Made by a program: the position numbers and the translations under genes | Notes under the pieces: model-generated | Database searches by the model: none | What the model was told of the DNA's origin: nothing | The model's input: the letters and a program-made list of their open reading frames with translations, nothing else | Assembly: GCA_045535075.1 (NCBI GenBank) | Contig: JAZSKX010000014.1 | Coordinates: 192,001 to 256,000 of the forward strand | Source: Candidatus Spyradenecus sp. | Lineage (GTDB): Bacteria > Verrucomicrobiota > Verrucomicrobiia > Opitutales > UBA953 | Reading direction: 5' to 3' | Length of the DNA stretch: 64,000 bases | Part shown: piece after piece, positions 40,154-51,650 of the stretch | Numbering within the stretch: the first letter of the stretch is position 1 | Layout of the letters: each line of letters opens with the position of its first letter

Positions 40154-40585
40154 TTACTTCAGGTTTTCCGTAATCCCGGCGACGAGAGCCTGAGAGGCTT
40201 CGAGGTCGCCCCAAGTTCCGTATACAATCGCCACTTCCGTGTATTCGGGGAGTGTTTGAACTGCGGGATTCTTGCTGGGTTTCGGAGCGCGGCGCGTGAT
40301 GTCCACCGTGATTTTCACGAATTTCGGGCCGCAGAAATAGAGTTCGGTTCCGTAGTTGGAGGGAGTGTCGCCGGCGTAGTAAAGACCGAGGTCGCGTCCG
40401 GATTTGATTGCGGCGGCCTTGACGGCTTCAACATCGTGGCTGTAGTAGCGTACGTTTTCAAGCGTACGGCGCGTCCAGGTGGCTTCGCCGGCATATTTTT
40501 CGTCCGGAATATCGACGGTAACCTTCGTGCAACCGGAGAATGCGGCTGCGGCGGCGAGGAGGGAGATTGCGAGGATTTTTTTCAT
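40154..40585 (-). CDS. Lipoprotein, DUF3568-like
   Basis: Lipobox FSGC; C-terminal TEVAIVYGTWGDLEASQAL. Confidence 0.65.
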   Translation of the reverse strand: MKKILAISLLAAAAAFSGCTKVTVDIPDEKYAGEATWTRRTLENVRYYSHDVEAVKAAAIKSGRDLGLYYAGDTPSNYGTELYFCGPKFVKITVDITRRAPKPSKNPAVQTLPEYTEVAIVYGTWGDLEASQALVAGITENLK

Positions 40586-40667
40586 AAATCAGATAAAAAA
40601 CGGTTTCGGATATCAGAATTTCTTTTGTCGGAATTGGCAAATGAAAAAACGATTCGCGTTCCCGCGC

Positions 40668-42356
40668 TTAATCTCTTTGCAGAGCGGAACAGATGGAGAG
40701 CATTTGCGGAAGCAGTTGCTTTTTTCGGGAGAGCACGCCCGGGAGCGAAAAAATGTTTTCTTCAAGCTTCTCGTGCGGGAGCGCGCGGATGACGTCGTTG
40801 TCTCCGATAATAAGCAATTCCGAAATTTCATGCGTCGCGTCGGTAACAAGCAGACCGAAGAAGGAAAGATTTTCGACTTCGATCCGGAATCTCATTTGGG
40901 CGGCTAGCTCCTGCTTGCGTGTGTGCAGAAGGTTTAAATCGGTTTCTTCAACTTGTGCGAGAGCGAATTTGTAGCGACCTTCGTGGTAGTCTTTGCGGTC
41001 GCCGGAAATAACGGCGGTTGCCGATTTTGTCGTCAGCGCCGATTCGATTTGCATCATTTCCTGCATCAGCGTTCGCGCATCGACGCCGCAGAGTGATTCG
41101 AGCCAAGCGCAGATTTCGCGGTCGATCGGCGAGGTCGTCGGCGATTTAAGCAAAAGCGTGTCGGAGATGAGTCCGCCGAGCAGTAATCCGGCGGTTTGCG
41201 GCGAAAGCTCAATATTTTCGCTACGGAACATCTTTGCGACCAGCGTGCAGGTGCTGCCGACGGTATCGCCCGTAAAACGAATCGGATTTTCCGAGTAAAA
41301 CATGCTGATGCGGTGGTGATCCACGACTTCAATTACGGGAAGCTCTTCAATGCCCGGCAGGTATTGCGTCGGTTCATTGTGATCGACGAGAATCACGCTG
41401 TGCGGCGGCGCTTCGGAAAGTTGTTTCTTATAAACAACGCCGAGAAGCGTTCCCGCGGCATCCGTAACGGGAAAAAGTTCCGTCGGGGCGCGAAGCATCT
41501 TTTTGCGGAAATCCCGCAGGCGGTCGTCCGGGGCGAGCACGAGGGTTTCCTCCGAGGCGATTGCCGCATGTTCGACGGGCATGCTGAATTTGAGGCGCCG
41601 CGTGACGCTTGCCGAATCCAAATCGGTTCGGATGACGGAGACGCCCGCGCGCTTTGCCGCTTCCAAAGTGGCGGGATCAATTTCGTCCGATCCCGTAATG
41701 ATGAGCAATCGGATTTTATTTTCGACGGCACATGCGTGAATTCGAGGGCGGTCGCCGACGATTATTGCCAGATTGGCGTTTTGCGCCACGGGAACGTGTC
41801 GGACGAAATTCTCCGGACTCATTGCCGCAACATAAACATCGAAATTCTGCTCCGTTTCCGCATCGTGGATCGAAAGAATTTCCGCTTCCAAAACACGGCA
41901 GATCAGAGAAACGGAACTGTAGATACGCCGCCCGGTGAAGCCGTCGCTTTCACAGTCGCCGATGCTCATCAACTGCGAGAGCAGGGCAACGGAACTCAGC
42001 ATGCCGAGATATTTTCCGTCGGCGTTAACGACGGGAAGCCGCAATGTGGTGGATGTCCGCAAACGGTTGACGGCATCGAAAAGTGTCGTTCCCGCCTCAA
42101 TCGCCGGCGGCGGGCGCATCAAATCGCGCATGCGAAGAAAAACATCGTGATGTTCTTCCGGAGCATCCGAGCCGAAACGCTTAAAAAGAAACGCCGCACG
42201 CTCGGGAAGAACGCCCGGACAAATCGGAATAATTTTTGTATCCGGAAAATAATGACGCCGGAGTTCCGCCAAGGCGTACGCGCTTGCAATGCTGTCCACA
42301 TCCGGATTGCGATGTCCGGAAACAAAAATACATTTCGGAGCTTTTGGAATTTCCAT
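40668..42356 (-). CDS. ppaC: Mn-dependent inorganic pyrophosphatase with CBS/DRTGG insert
   Basis: GHRNPDVDS, IVGDR, LVDHNE, VDHH, VGSTCT, SDTL, GVLSRKKQ. Confidence 0.93.
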   Translation of the reverse strand: MEIPKAPKCIFVSGHRNPDVDSIASAYALAELRRHYFPDTKIIPICPGVLPERAAFLFKRFGSDAPEEHHDVFLRMRDLMRPPPAIEAGTTLFDAVNRLRTSTTLRLPVVNADGKYLGMLSSVALLSQLMSIGDCESDGFTGRRIYSSVSLICRVLEAEILSIHDAETEQNFDVYVAAMSPENFVRHVPVAQNANLAIIVGDRPRIHACAVENKIRLLIITGSDEIDPATLEAAKRAGVSVIRTDLDSASVTRRLKFSMPVEHAAIASEETLVLAPDDRLRDFRKKMLRAPTELFPVTDAAGTLLGVVYKKQLSEAPPHSVILVDHNEPTQYLPGIEELPVIEVVDHHRISMFYSENPIRFTGDTVGSTCTLVAKMFRSENIELSPQTAGLLLGGLISDTLLLKSPTTSPIDREICAWLESLCGVDARTLMQEMMQIESALTTKSATAVISGDRKDYHEGRYKFALAQVEETDLNLLHTRKQELAAQMRFRIEVENLSFFGLLVTDATHEISELLIIGDNDVIRALPHEKLEENIFSLPGVLSRKKQLLPQMLSICSALQRD

Positions 42357-42397
42357 CGTCGTATCAGCTTAATTTTTGTGAAACATGGTTGTCGCTT

Positions 42398-43579
42398 CTA
42401 TGCTTTGAGAAAAATTTTGGCGCGGAAGCAAATCCAAAGAATCAGAAAGAGAATCACGGCGTTCCCGCAGGCAAAAAAGATTTCCGGGCGAGCGACGTCA
42501 AACGCGCGGAGCAGGCCGCCGAGCAGGGGGCGCGTGATGCCGTTGAAATTAATTAAACCGACTTCCGGACTGAGCATGTAGGCAAGGATCGAATTCATGC
42601 CGATGATTTTCAGCCAAGCGATCCCGCGTTTTTTGCCGAGCCAATCGATAAGTCCGTAAAATACCGCCATCAGCAAAATACAATACCCCGATGAAACGAG
42701 CGTAAACGTTGCCGTCCAAATGCGTTTGATTATCGGCAATCCCGCGGCGTGTCCGAGCCAGCCGAGCGCAACGAGCGCCGTTCCCGCGATGACAAGCAAA
42801 CAGAATTTCCGGGCAGGGGAACGCGTTTTGTCTTTTAGTAAAATCCCCGTGAAAACGCCGCTCATCACGGTAACGACAAATGTCAGCGAACACCAAATCC
42901 ACGCCGTGTCGTAGTATCCCGGGAAAACGATGCTTCCGTCGGCGGCGATACTCGCGCAGTCGCGCCATTTCCCGAGCAGGATTTTGTCAAGTGTTGCCGG
43001 AAAATTGAGTTCCCGCGCCCACGGCGAAGCCCCCGCCGCCTGCCAGTCTCCGAAAAACAGACAACCCGCCGTGAATATTGCAAGCAGGCTGAGCGCGAGC
43101 ACGATTTGTTTTTTTTGATTCAGAAAAAGAAACGCCAAAGCCGCTCCCGCGTAGCCGATGGCAATCGCCTGCAAAGTATTCGTCAGCGGTTTGAAAACGC
43201 TTAGGTCAAACGCAAGCAGGTTTCCTTGGGCGATACAACCGAGAATCCACAGGGTAACGACGCGACGAAAAATTCTCCAAAGCGCTTGCGTGCGCGGGAA
43301 CGCGGCGTTTTCGCCGACGTATTTTGCCATGGCAAACGGAATCGAAACACCCGCTACAAACATAAAAAGCGGCATGACGAGATCCCACGCGAGAAAACCT
43401 TCCCAAGTCGCATGCGTCCAATGCGCAATATACCACGCGCCGTTCGGATGGTGCCCGAGCCACGCGTGCATGACTGGGCCGAGCATCGTCAGCACGAATA
43501 AATCGAAACCGCGCAAAGCGTCGAGCGATTCAAGGCGCTGCGCGGGAACGACAACGGAATTTTCGGAAGTTTTTTCCAT
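42398..43579 (-). CDS. HGSNAT-like / DUF5009 membrane acyltransferase
   Basis: RLESLDALRGFD, H..WEG..WDLVMPLFMF, PIIKRIWT, IGMNSILAY. Confidence 0.85.
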   Translation of the reverse strand: MEKTSENSVVVPAQRLESLDALRGFDLFVLTMLGPVMHAWLGHHPNGAWYIAHWTHATWEGFLAWDLVMPLFMFVAGVSIPFAMAKYVGENAAFPRTQALWRIFRRVVTLWILGCIAQGNLLAFDLSVFKPLTNTLQAIAIGYAGAALAFLFLNQKKQIVLALSLLAIFTAGCLFFGDWQAAGASPWARELNFPATLDKILLGKWRDCASIAADGSIVFPGYYDTAWIWCSLTFVVTVMSGVFTGILLKDKTRSPARKFCLLVIAGTALVALGWLGHAAGLPIIKRIWTATFTLVSSGYCILLMAVFYGLIDWLGKKRGIAWLKIIGMNSILAYMLSPEVGLINFNGITRPLLGGLLRAFDVARPEIFFACGNAVILFLILWICFRAKIFLKA

Positions 43580-43649
43580 AAAAAATACTGTGTTCGCCGC
43601 GCTTTGTTCCCGCAAGCCCCAAAACACACTCACCTTCGGGAACGAAATT

Positions 43650-44165
43650 GCGAGAGATTTTTGATTTAATTTCTCGCGAAGCACGCTGAGCCCGCCAAGT
43701 TTTTAAACGAGAGTGTTTTCTTCTTTTAAAAAAAGAACTCCGCATTCCTCGCGCTCTCTGCGAGAGATTTTAGTTTCTCGCGAAGCACGCTTGGCTCGCC
43801 AAGTTTTTAAACGAGAGTGTTTTCTTCTTTTAAAAAAGAACTTCGCATTCCTCGCGCTCTCTGCGAGAGATTTTAGTTTCTCGCGAAGCACGCTTAGCTC
43901 GCCAAGTTTTTAAACGAGAGTGTTTTCTTCTTTTTTTAAAAAGAACTCTGCGTTCCTCGCGCTCTCTGCGAGAGGATTTTATTTCTCGCGAAGCACGCTG
44001 AGCTCGCCAAGTTTTTAAACGAGAGTGTTTTCTTCTTTAAAAAAAAGAACTCCGCATTCCTCGCGCTCTCTGCGAGAGGATTTTATTTCTCACGAAGCGC
44101 GCTGAGTCCGCCAAGTTTTTTGGGAATGCGGGAACGGTTTTTCCTTTTAAAAAAGATTTTGCGCG
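43650..44165. repeat. Tandem array of ~5 copies of a ~104-bp imperfect palindromic unit
   Basis: TCTC(G/A)CGAAGC(A/G)CGCT starts at 43672, 43776, 43879, 43984, 44088. Confidence 0.95.
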
Positions 44166-44167
44166 CC

Positions 44168-44581
44168 TCAGAGTTTTTCGCAAGAGGACTTTTCTTCGTC
44201 TAAGCCGTTGACAGTACGGATAAGCGCATTTTTGAAATAAGGGTCTCCAAAATTGATAAGGTAACCTAATTTTCGCTCGGACAATTTCAAATACGTCAAA
44301 AGCTGCTTTTTATGAGCATTATTCAGAAATTCAAGCGATTTTAGTTCGATGATAACTTTGTTTTCCACAAGCAAGTCAGCCCTAAATCCGGTCTCTATAC
44401 GAATACCGTCAAACTCTATCGGAACGGGAACTTGTCGCTCGACTTGTAGTCCTCGCTGTCTGAGGCGCTCGCAAAGAACGATTTCATAAACACTTTCCAA
44501 AAGCCCGGTCCCCATGCGTTGATGAATTTCAAAGGCCGTCTCAACGATAATTTTTCCGATGGCATTTTCTGTTTTTATCAT
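44168..44581 (-). CDS. GxxExxY protein (PD-(D/E)XK nuclease superfamily)
   Basis: GLLESVY, FRADLLVENKVIIELKS, QLLTYLK, GYLINFG. Confidence 0.93.
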   Translation of the reverse strand: MIKTENAIGKIIVETAFEIHQRMGTGLLESVYEIVLCERLRQRGLQVERQVPVPIEFDGIRIETGFRADLLVENKVIIELKSLEFLNNAHKKQLLTYLKLSERKLGYLINFGDPYFKNALIRTVNGLDEEKSSCEKL

Positions 44582-44634
44582 AGGGGAAACTTTGTTTTTA
44601 TAGACTTTTGTTTTCAAGATTAAATTCCTTCTCT

Positions 44635-44711
44635 TTTTCCGCGAAGCACGCTTAGCCCGTCGAGGTTTTAAAAGCGGGAGCGGTTTTTCTTCCTCTTAAA
44701 AAAAAGAACTG
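44635..44711. repeat. Truncated dispersed copy of the ~104-bp unit
   Basis: CGCGAAGCACGCTTAGCCCGTCGAGGTTTT...TTAAAAAAAAGAACT. Confidence 0.8.
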
Positions 44712-45218
44712 AATGCAAGCGGAGACACGACGGGCTGGAGTGCCGGAATCTTTGCCGATGCTTCGACAATGTTTGTCCTTTCCGAGAAAAACAAACTCTA
44801 CGCGATTCCTTACATCGGTTTTTCGTACATGCACACGCAAGCGGCTGCGTTTGACGAAAGCGGTAGCGACAAGGCGTTTGATGTTGACGATATTTCCGGC
44901 GACAGTTTGCGCCTGCGTGCCGGATACGGTTTGACGTGGAACTTTGAGCTTGCCGGGGATCTGTGGCGAGTCGGCTTGTCTGCGGCTTATTCGTATGATC
45001 TTCTCGGCGATGAAGTTGATACTGATGTAACAACCCGTAGCGGGAAGAAAATTTCGGAAACGGCTCAGGTTTTGCCGGAAAGTGTTTTGTTGATCAGTCC
45101 GAGTGTTAACGTGGATTTGACTTCGACAATGAGTGTTTATGGGGCTTACACGTTCAGCACGGGAACGGATTCCTATGTAAACCACAGCGCGAATCTCGGT
45201 TTCCGTATGCGCTTTTAA
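44712..45218 (+). pseudogene. C-terminal fragment of an autotransporter beta-barrel
   Basis: NASGDTTGWSAGIFAD..PYIGFSY..AFDESG..SLRLRAG..NLGFRMRF (terminal Phe); no signal peptide or passenger; in-frame TAA at 44697. Confidence 0.75.
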
Positions 45219-45229
45219 CGTCGTGTGTG

Positions 45230-45345
45230 CTTCGCGAGAGATTTTAGTTTTTCGCGAAGCACGCTGAGCTCGCCGAGTTTTTTGAAAGCGGGAACTGTTT
45301 TGTCTTTTTCTAAAAAGAACTTTGCGAATCCTTGAGTTTTCGGCG
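45230..45345. repeat. Dispersed copy of the ~104-bp unit
   Basis: GCGAGAGATTTTAGTTTTTCGCGAAGCACGCTGAGCTCGCCGAG...AAAAAGAACTTTGCG. Confidence 0.85.
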
Positions 45346-45365
45346 ATAAAGGTAGTTTTTTTAGG

Positions 45366-47042
<1,677 letters not shown>

Positions 47043-47061
47043 GTAAAACGGTTTGCCGATT

Positions 47062-47102
47062 CGTTCCCGCGCGGAATTCAAACTTGCTCCGTTGCGGGAA
47101 CG
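47062..47102 (+). terminator. Hairpin after ettA made of an inverted CGGGAAC pair (weak U-tract)
   Basis: CGTTCCCGC...GCGGGAACG. Confidence 0.55.
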
Positions 47103-47149
47103 GGTTATCATCATGAAGTTTTACGGCTTAATTTCTACACCCTAAATTT

Positions 47150-49336
47150 ATGCTAAACACATGTATATTGGCTCAGGCAGCGGCTGATGCTGCCCCGAAT
47201 CCGATGGGCATGCTCGACGTTGTGCTGTTTTGTGTGGCGGTCGTCGGCGTTATCGGTCTCGGTATCTATAAGGCTCGTCCGAAAAAAGTTGAGGGCGAAG
47301 AAAACAAAGACGCGAGTGCGGCGGATTACTTTCTTGCCGGGCGCGGTTTGTCGTGGTGGCTTGTCGGTTTCTCGCTGATTGCCGCGAATATTTCGACGGA
47401 ACAGTTCGTCGGGATGTCCGGTCAGGCGGCGGACTGGCTCGGGCTTGCCATTGCCGGCTACGAATGGCTTGCGGCGATTACGCTCGTCGTGGTGGCGTTC
47501 TTCTTCCTGCCGAAGCTGTTGCGTTGCGGCGTTTATACGATTCCGGAATTTTTGGAATCCCGCTACAATCTGGCGTCGCGCTCGATTATGGCGATTTGCA
47601 CGCTCCTCATTCTTGTCGGCGTGCCGACGGCGGGTGTTATTTTCGCGGGAGCGAAGTGCATCGCAGTCTTCTTCTTCGGCGCGGAAGGCGTTACGGGAAT
47701 TGACTTCAATACGCTTTCCGGCGGGCTTTATACGCTCGGCGGTTTGGTTGACGGGAACATTCTCATCGGCTGTATCATCATCGCATTCTGTGCGGCGGTT
47801 TACGTTTTTGTCGGCGGGCTGAAAGCCTGTGCGTGGACGGATCTTATTTGGGGTTCGGCGCTCATTCTCGGCGGCGGCGTGGTCGCTTACTTGGCGATTA
47901 CCGCGCTTGCGGATGCCGATCCCGCGCACCTCATTCAATCTGCGGCGGCAAATTCCGGCGCGACGCTTGAAGGGTTGCAAAATGCGGGCGGCGTGGATCG
48001 TTTCCTCCAGCTCAACGCCGGAGATGCCGTCAGCGGCATGAATTCCATCGGCGGAAAACTGCACATGATTCGTCCGATCGACGACCCGTCGATTCCGTGG
48101 ACGGCACTTTTGCTCGGGCTTTGGATTCCGAACTTCTTCTATTGGGGCTTGAACCAATACATTATGCAACGCACGCTCGCGTCGAAATCCGTCGCCGAAG
48201 GGCAGATGGGTATCGTTTTTGCGGCGTTCCTCAAACTTATCATTCCGTTCGTCGTCGTGATTCCGGGCATTCTCGCCTACAACCTTTTCCGCGATGATTT
48301 GAAAGCCAGTGCCGATACGAAAAACGCGGCGGCGATTGCGGCGGTTCAAAAATCGGAAAATGTCGACAAAACCGTTTACTTCGTAACGGGAGAGTTTCTC
48401 CTGCAAAACAGCGAGGTCGGAAAACAGCTCATCGCGCACAATTTTGAAGCCGCGCGCAAAAACAAGCTCACGGTTTCGGTTGACGAAAAAAGCGTTCCCG
48501 TGACGGATCTTGCGGTAAAAATCGACCGTGCGATGACGGCGCTTGATGCGGACGTTGCCGACGATTCCACGACGCTTGCCGACCGTATTCCGCTCGCGCA
48601 AAACCTCGCCGATTTGAACCAAACCATCGTTGCCGCCGCCGGCAAGGAAGGAAGCGGAATGAGCGTTTCCTCCAAGCTCGTCGGTTTCGACTATGACGCG
48701 GCGTTCCCGACGCTTCTCAAAAAACTGATGAAGCCGGGCATCACCTGGTTCGTTCTCGCGGCGCTTTTCGGCGCGGTCGTTTCCTCGCTCGCTTCGATGC
48801 TCAATTCGGCGTCGACCATCTTCACGATGGACATTTACAACAAGATTGCGAAAAACGCTTCGGCGGAAAAGCTCGTTACGGTCGGGAAAATCGGCGTTGT
48901 CGTCTGCGTGCTCATCGCGCTGGCGTTGGCTCCGTTCCTGAACAGCCCGATCTTCGGCGGGATTTTCAACTTCATTCAAGAGTTCCAAGGCTTCATCTCT
49001 CCGGGCGTGCTCTGCGTGTTCCTGTTCGGCTTCTTCGTTCCGAAGTGCCCGCGCGTGTTCGGCTGGCTCGGTATCGCCGTGAACGCCGTGCTTTACGGTG
49101 CGTTGAAATGGACGCCGGCGACGGCGGATATGGCGTTCCTTAACCGTATGTCGATTTGCCTGATCGTGTGTATCGCGATCGGAGCGTTGCTTACGATTTG
49201 TAATGCGGCTCGCGGCGGACAGGCGATTCTCGTTCCCGCGAAGAACGAAGTTCCGCTGGAAGGTTCCGGAAAGGCGAAGGCGTTCGGCGCATTTGTCGTC
49301 GTGGCGACCGTTGCGCTTTACATCCTCTTCTGGTAA
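47150..49336 (+). CDS. Sodium:solute symporter (sugar-type SSS) with soluble insertion
   Basis: DYFLAGR, AANISTEQFVGMSG, YWGLNQYIMQR, SSLASMLNS. Confidence 0.92.
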   Translation: MLNTCILAQAAADAAPNPMGMLDVVLFCVAVVGVIGLGIYKARPKKVEGEENKDASAADYFLAGRGLSWWLVGFSLIAANISTEQFVGMSGQAADWLGLAIAGYEWLAAITLVVVAFFFLPKLLRCGVYTIPEFLESRYNLASRSIMAICTLLILVGVPTAGVIFAGAKCIAVFFFGAEGVTGIDFNTLSGGLYTLGGLVDGNILIGCIIIAFCAAVYVFVGGLKACAWTDLIWGSALILGGGVVAYLAITALADADPAHLIQSAAANSGATLEGLQNAGGVDRFLQLNAGDAVSGMNSIGGKLHMIRPIDDPSIPWTALLLGLWIPNFFYWGLNQYIMQRTLASKSVAEGQMGIVFAAFLKLIIPFVVVIPGILAYNLFRDDLKASADTKNAAAIAAVQKSENVDKTVYFVTGEFLLQNSEVGKQLIAHNFEAARKNKLTVSVDEKSVPVTDLAVKIDRAMTALDADVADDSTTLADRIPLAQNLADLNQTIVAAAGKEGSGMSVSSKLVGFDYDAAFPTLLKKLMKPGITWFVLAALFGAVVSSLASMLNSASTIFTMDIYNKIAKNASAEKLVTVGKIGVVVCVLIALALAPFLNSPIFGGIFNFIQEFQGFISPGVLCVFLFGFFVPKCPRVFGWLGIAVNAVLYGALKWTPATADMAFLNRMSICLIVCIAIGALLTICNAARGGQAILVPAKNEVPLEGSGKAKAFGAFVVVATVALYILFW

Positions 49337-49353
49337 TTCGTTTTACCGAAAAC

Positions 49354-49394
49354 AAAAAGCGTTCCCGTGGTATTTGTCGCGGGAACGCTTTTTT
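49354..49394. terminator. Terminator made of an inverted CGGGAAC pair
   Basis: A5-GCGTTCCCGTG-loop-CGCGGGAACGC-T6. Confidence 0.9.
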
Positions 49395-49426
49395 GTTTTT
49401 GCGGGATTTATCTTAAGCTTAGAAAT

Positions 49427-49465
49427 AAAAAAGTTCCCGCAGGAAAAACTTGCGGGAACTTTTTT
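49427..49465. terminator. Second terminator made of an inverted CGGGAAC pair
   Basis: A6-GTTCCCGCA-loop-TGCGGGAAC-T6. Confidence 0.9.
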
Positions 49466-49484
49466 GAGCGGCTAGGAAATTCGC

Positions 49485-50969
49485 TTAGTCGATTTCTTCG
49501 ACCGTGATTTCGTGAGCCGTGCCGTTGACGTTCAGAGAAAGATTCGTGATCTTCTCGGAGAGGCTCGCACGCCCGGAAATTGCAGGCGTTTCCGTAGCGG
49601 GTGCCGGAGCCGGAGTAGCGGGTTTCGGCTCTTCCTTCGGCGGGAAGTAGAGTTCCTTGACCTGTTGCGGGAACATCGCGTAGATAACGCAGTGTTCGTC
49701 GTCCGTCGGAAGATTGTTTTCCTTGAGTTCCTTGCGGAGATCGTCCATGCGCGGCTTGAGCAAGTCTGCCGGACGGCAAGAAATCGGATCTTTTTTCGTG
49801 CGTTCCGCAGCGAGCTTCTGAATTTCGGGATCGACCGGAGCCGGCGTTTGCCCGAAATAGCCGAGAGCAATGTCCATCGCGCCCGGAATAAACTGTTTCC
49901 AACGACCGAACTTGACGTTCATCGCCGCCTGCGTGCCGACGATCTGCGAAGTCGGCGTAACGAGCGGAATCCAGCCGAGCTTTTCGCGGATGTAAGGAAT
50001 TTCCGCGCAGACTTCTTCGAACTTGTCTTCCATTTTGAGTTCTTTGAGCTGATTGCGGAAGTTCGAAAGCATCCCGCCCGGGACTTCGTAGCGGAGCGCG
50101 TCGATGTTGACGACTTCGTTCTTGTGGCTCGTAAACTTGGAAAGCTCTTCGTAGATGCCCTTTTCGTATTCGGAAATTTCTTCGATGAGCTTTGCGTCGT
50201 AGCTCGGGCAACGCGGATGACCTTTAAGAAGAGCCATCATGCGCGTGTGGTCCGGATGCGCCGTGCCGTCGGAGAACGGGCGAATCGCGACGTCCACCGC
50301 GTCCACGCCCGCGTCGATTGCCGCGAGGTAGGACGAAGCACCGAGCCCCGTCGTTTCGTGCGTATGGAACCAAACGGGCACCTTCACGTTGTCCTTCAGT
50401 CCCTTGATAATATCGTAAGCCGCGCGCGGCGAAACGAGCCCCGCCATGTCTTTGAGGCAGATGCTGTTCACGCCCATTTCCGCGAGCGTGCAACCGAGCT
50501 TGATGAAGCCTTCGACGGTGTGCACCGGGCTGTTCGTGTAGCAAATCGTGCCTTGAGCTTCGCCGCCGGCTTTTTTCGTTGCTTCGATTGCCGTCTTCAT
50601 GTTGCGCGGGTCATTGAGCGCGTCGAAAATACGAATCGTGTTCATGCCGTGCTTAACCGCCTGCGTCGCGAACGCGGTAACGACATCGTCCGGCGACTGA
50701 TTGTAGGCGACGATGTTTTGCCCGCGCATGAGCATCATGTGCGGGGTTTTTGTCTTGGCGCGGATTGCGTCGAGGCGCTTAAACGGAAATTCTTTGAGGA
50801 AGCGCAATCCGGCGTCGATGGAAGCGCCGCCCCAGGTTTCGAGACGCCCGTAGCCGACGGCATCGAGCTTGTCCAAAATGGGAAGCATCTGCGCCGTGCT
50901 CATGCGCGTTGCCGCGAGCGACTGGTGTGCGTCGCGGAGAAGTGTACTGTTGAATACTACCGGTTTCAT
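49485..50969 (-). CDS. Pyruvate/oxaloacetate carboxyltransferase (OadA/PycB/5S-like), no biotinyl domain
   Basis: LRDAHQSL, RGQN, LKDMAG, HTH, VPGGMLSN, PLVTPTSQIVG; no MKM motif. Confidence 0.9.
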   Translation of the reverse strand: MKPVVFNSTLLRDAHQSLAATRMSTAQMLPILDKLDAVGYGRLETWGGASIDAGLRFLKEFPFKRLDAIRAKTKTPHMMLMRGQNIVAYNQSPDDVVTAFATQAVKHGMNTIRIFDALNDPRNMKTAIEATKKAGGEAQGTICYTNSPVHTVEGFIKLGCTLAEMGVNSICLKDMAGLVSPRAAYDIIKGLKDNVKVPVWFHTHETTGLGASSYLAAIDAGVDAVDVAIRPFSDGTAHPDHTRMMALLKGHPRCPSYDAKLIEEISEYEKGIYEELSKFTSHKNEVVNIDALRYEVPGGMLSNFRNQLKELKMEDKFEEVCAEIPYIREKLGWIPLVTPTSQIVGTQAAMNVKFGRWKQFIPGAMDIALGYFGQTPAPVDPEIQKLAAERTKKDPISCRPADLLKPRMDDLRKELKENNLPTDDEHCVIYAMFPQQVKELYFPPKEEPKPATPAPAPATETPAISGRASLSEKITNLSLNVNGTAHEITVEEID

Positions 50970-51103
50970 AATAATTACAGATTCTCTTTTTTAGAAAAAG
51001 GCTTGTCGAGCTTTAACGGTTTTTTAGGAAAATAACGCCTCGCGGGAGCGCCGGAGGTAATTTGTTCGCCATACGGGAACTTCCTTTGTTTAATAAACGC
51101 TCT

Positions 51104-51622
51104 ATGGAATCTCCGCTTATTCAAAATCCGAAATTGTTCCCGTCGCTTGAAGCGGCGGTGGCTCGCCGAAAAGAACTTGCCGAGTCCGGGAAAAAACTTG
51201 TTTTGACGAACGGCTGTTTCGACCTTCTTCATTGCGGACACGTGTATTATTTGCGTGCGGCAGCAAAACTCGGCGATGAACTTTGGATCGGGCTTAACGG
51301 TGCGGATAGCGTGCGCGCGCTCAAAGGTCCGACGCGTCCGGTGCAGGGCGATTTGGAGCGTGCATTTACGCTTGGGGCGCTTGAGTTCGTCTCGGGAGTT
51401 TTCTTTTTTCATACGCCGCGCTTGGATGCCGAAATTCGTGCTCTTCGTCCGGACGTTTACGCGAAGGCGGGAGATTATACGCTTGAAACCCTCAATCCGG
51501 ACGAACGGGCGGCGTTGCTTGAATGCGGCGCGGAAATTGAATTTCTTCCCTTTTTGCCGGGATTTTCCACGACGAGTTTAATCGGAAAAATTTCGCAGGC
51601 AGCCGCTGCGGGAACGCTCTAA
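51104..51622 (+). CDS. Heptose-1-phosphate adenylyltransferase-like cytidylyltransferase-family protein (RfaE domain II)
   Basis: TNGCFDLLHCGH, LKGPTRP, KAGDY, GFSTT. Confidence 0.88.
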   Translation: MESPLIQNPKLFPSLEAAVARRKELAESGKKLVLTNGCFDLLHCGHVYYLRAAAKLGDELWIGLNGADSVRALKGPTRPVQGDLERAFTLGALEFVSGVFFFHTPRLDAEIRALRPDVYAKAGDYTLETLNPDERAALLECGAEIEFLPFLPGFSTTSLIGKISQAAAAGTL

Positions 51623-51650
51623 CGAAGCTCGGAAAAACGAAACCCGGAAA

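Noticed and set aside
43650..44165. Tandem array as a CRISPR
   Set aside because: Whole ~104-bp units repeat with no unique spacers, and no cas genes are present.
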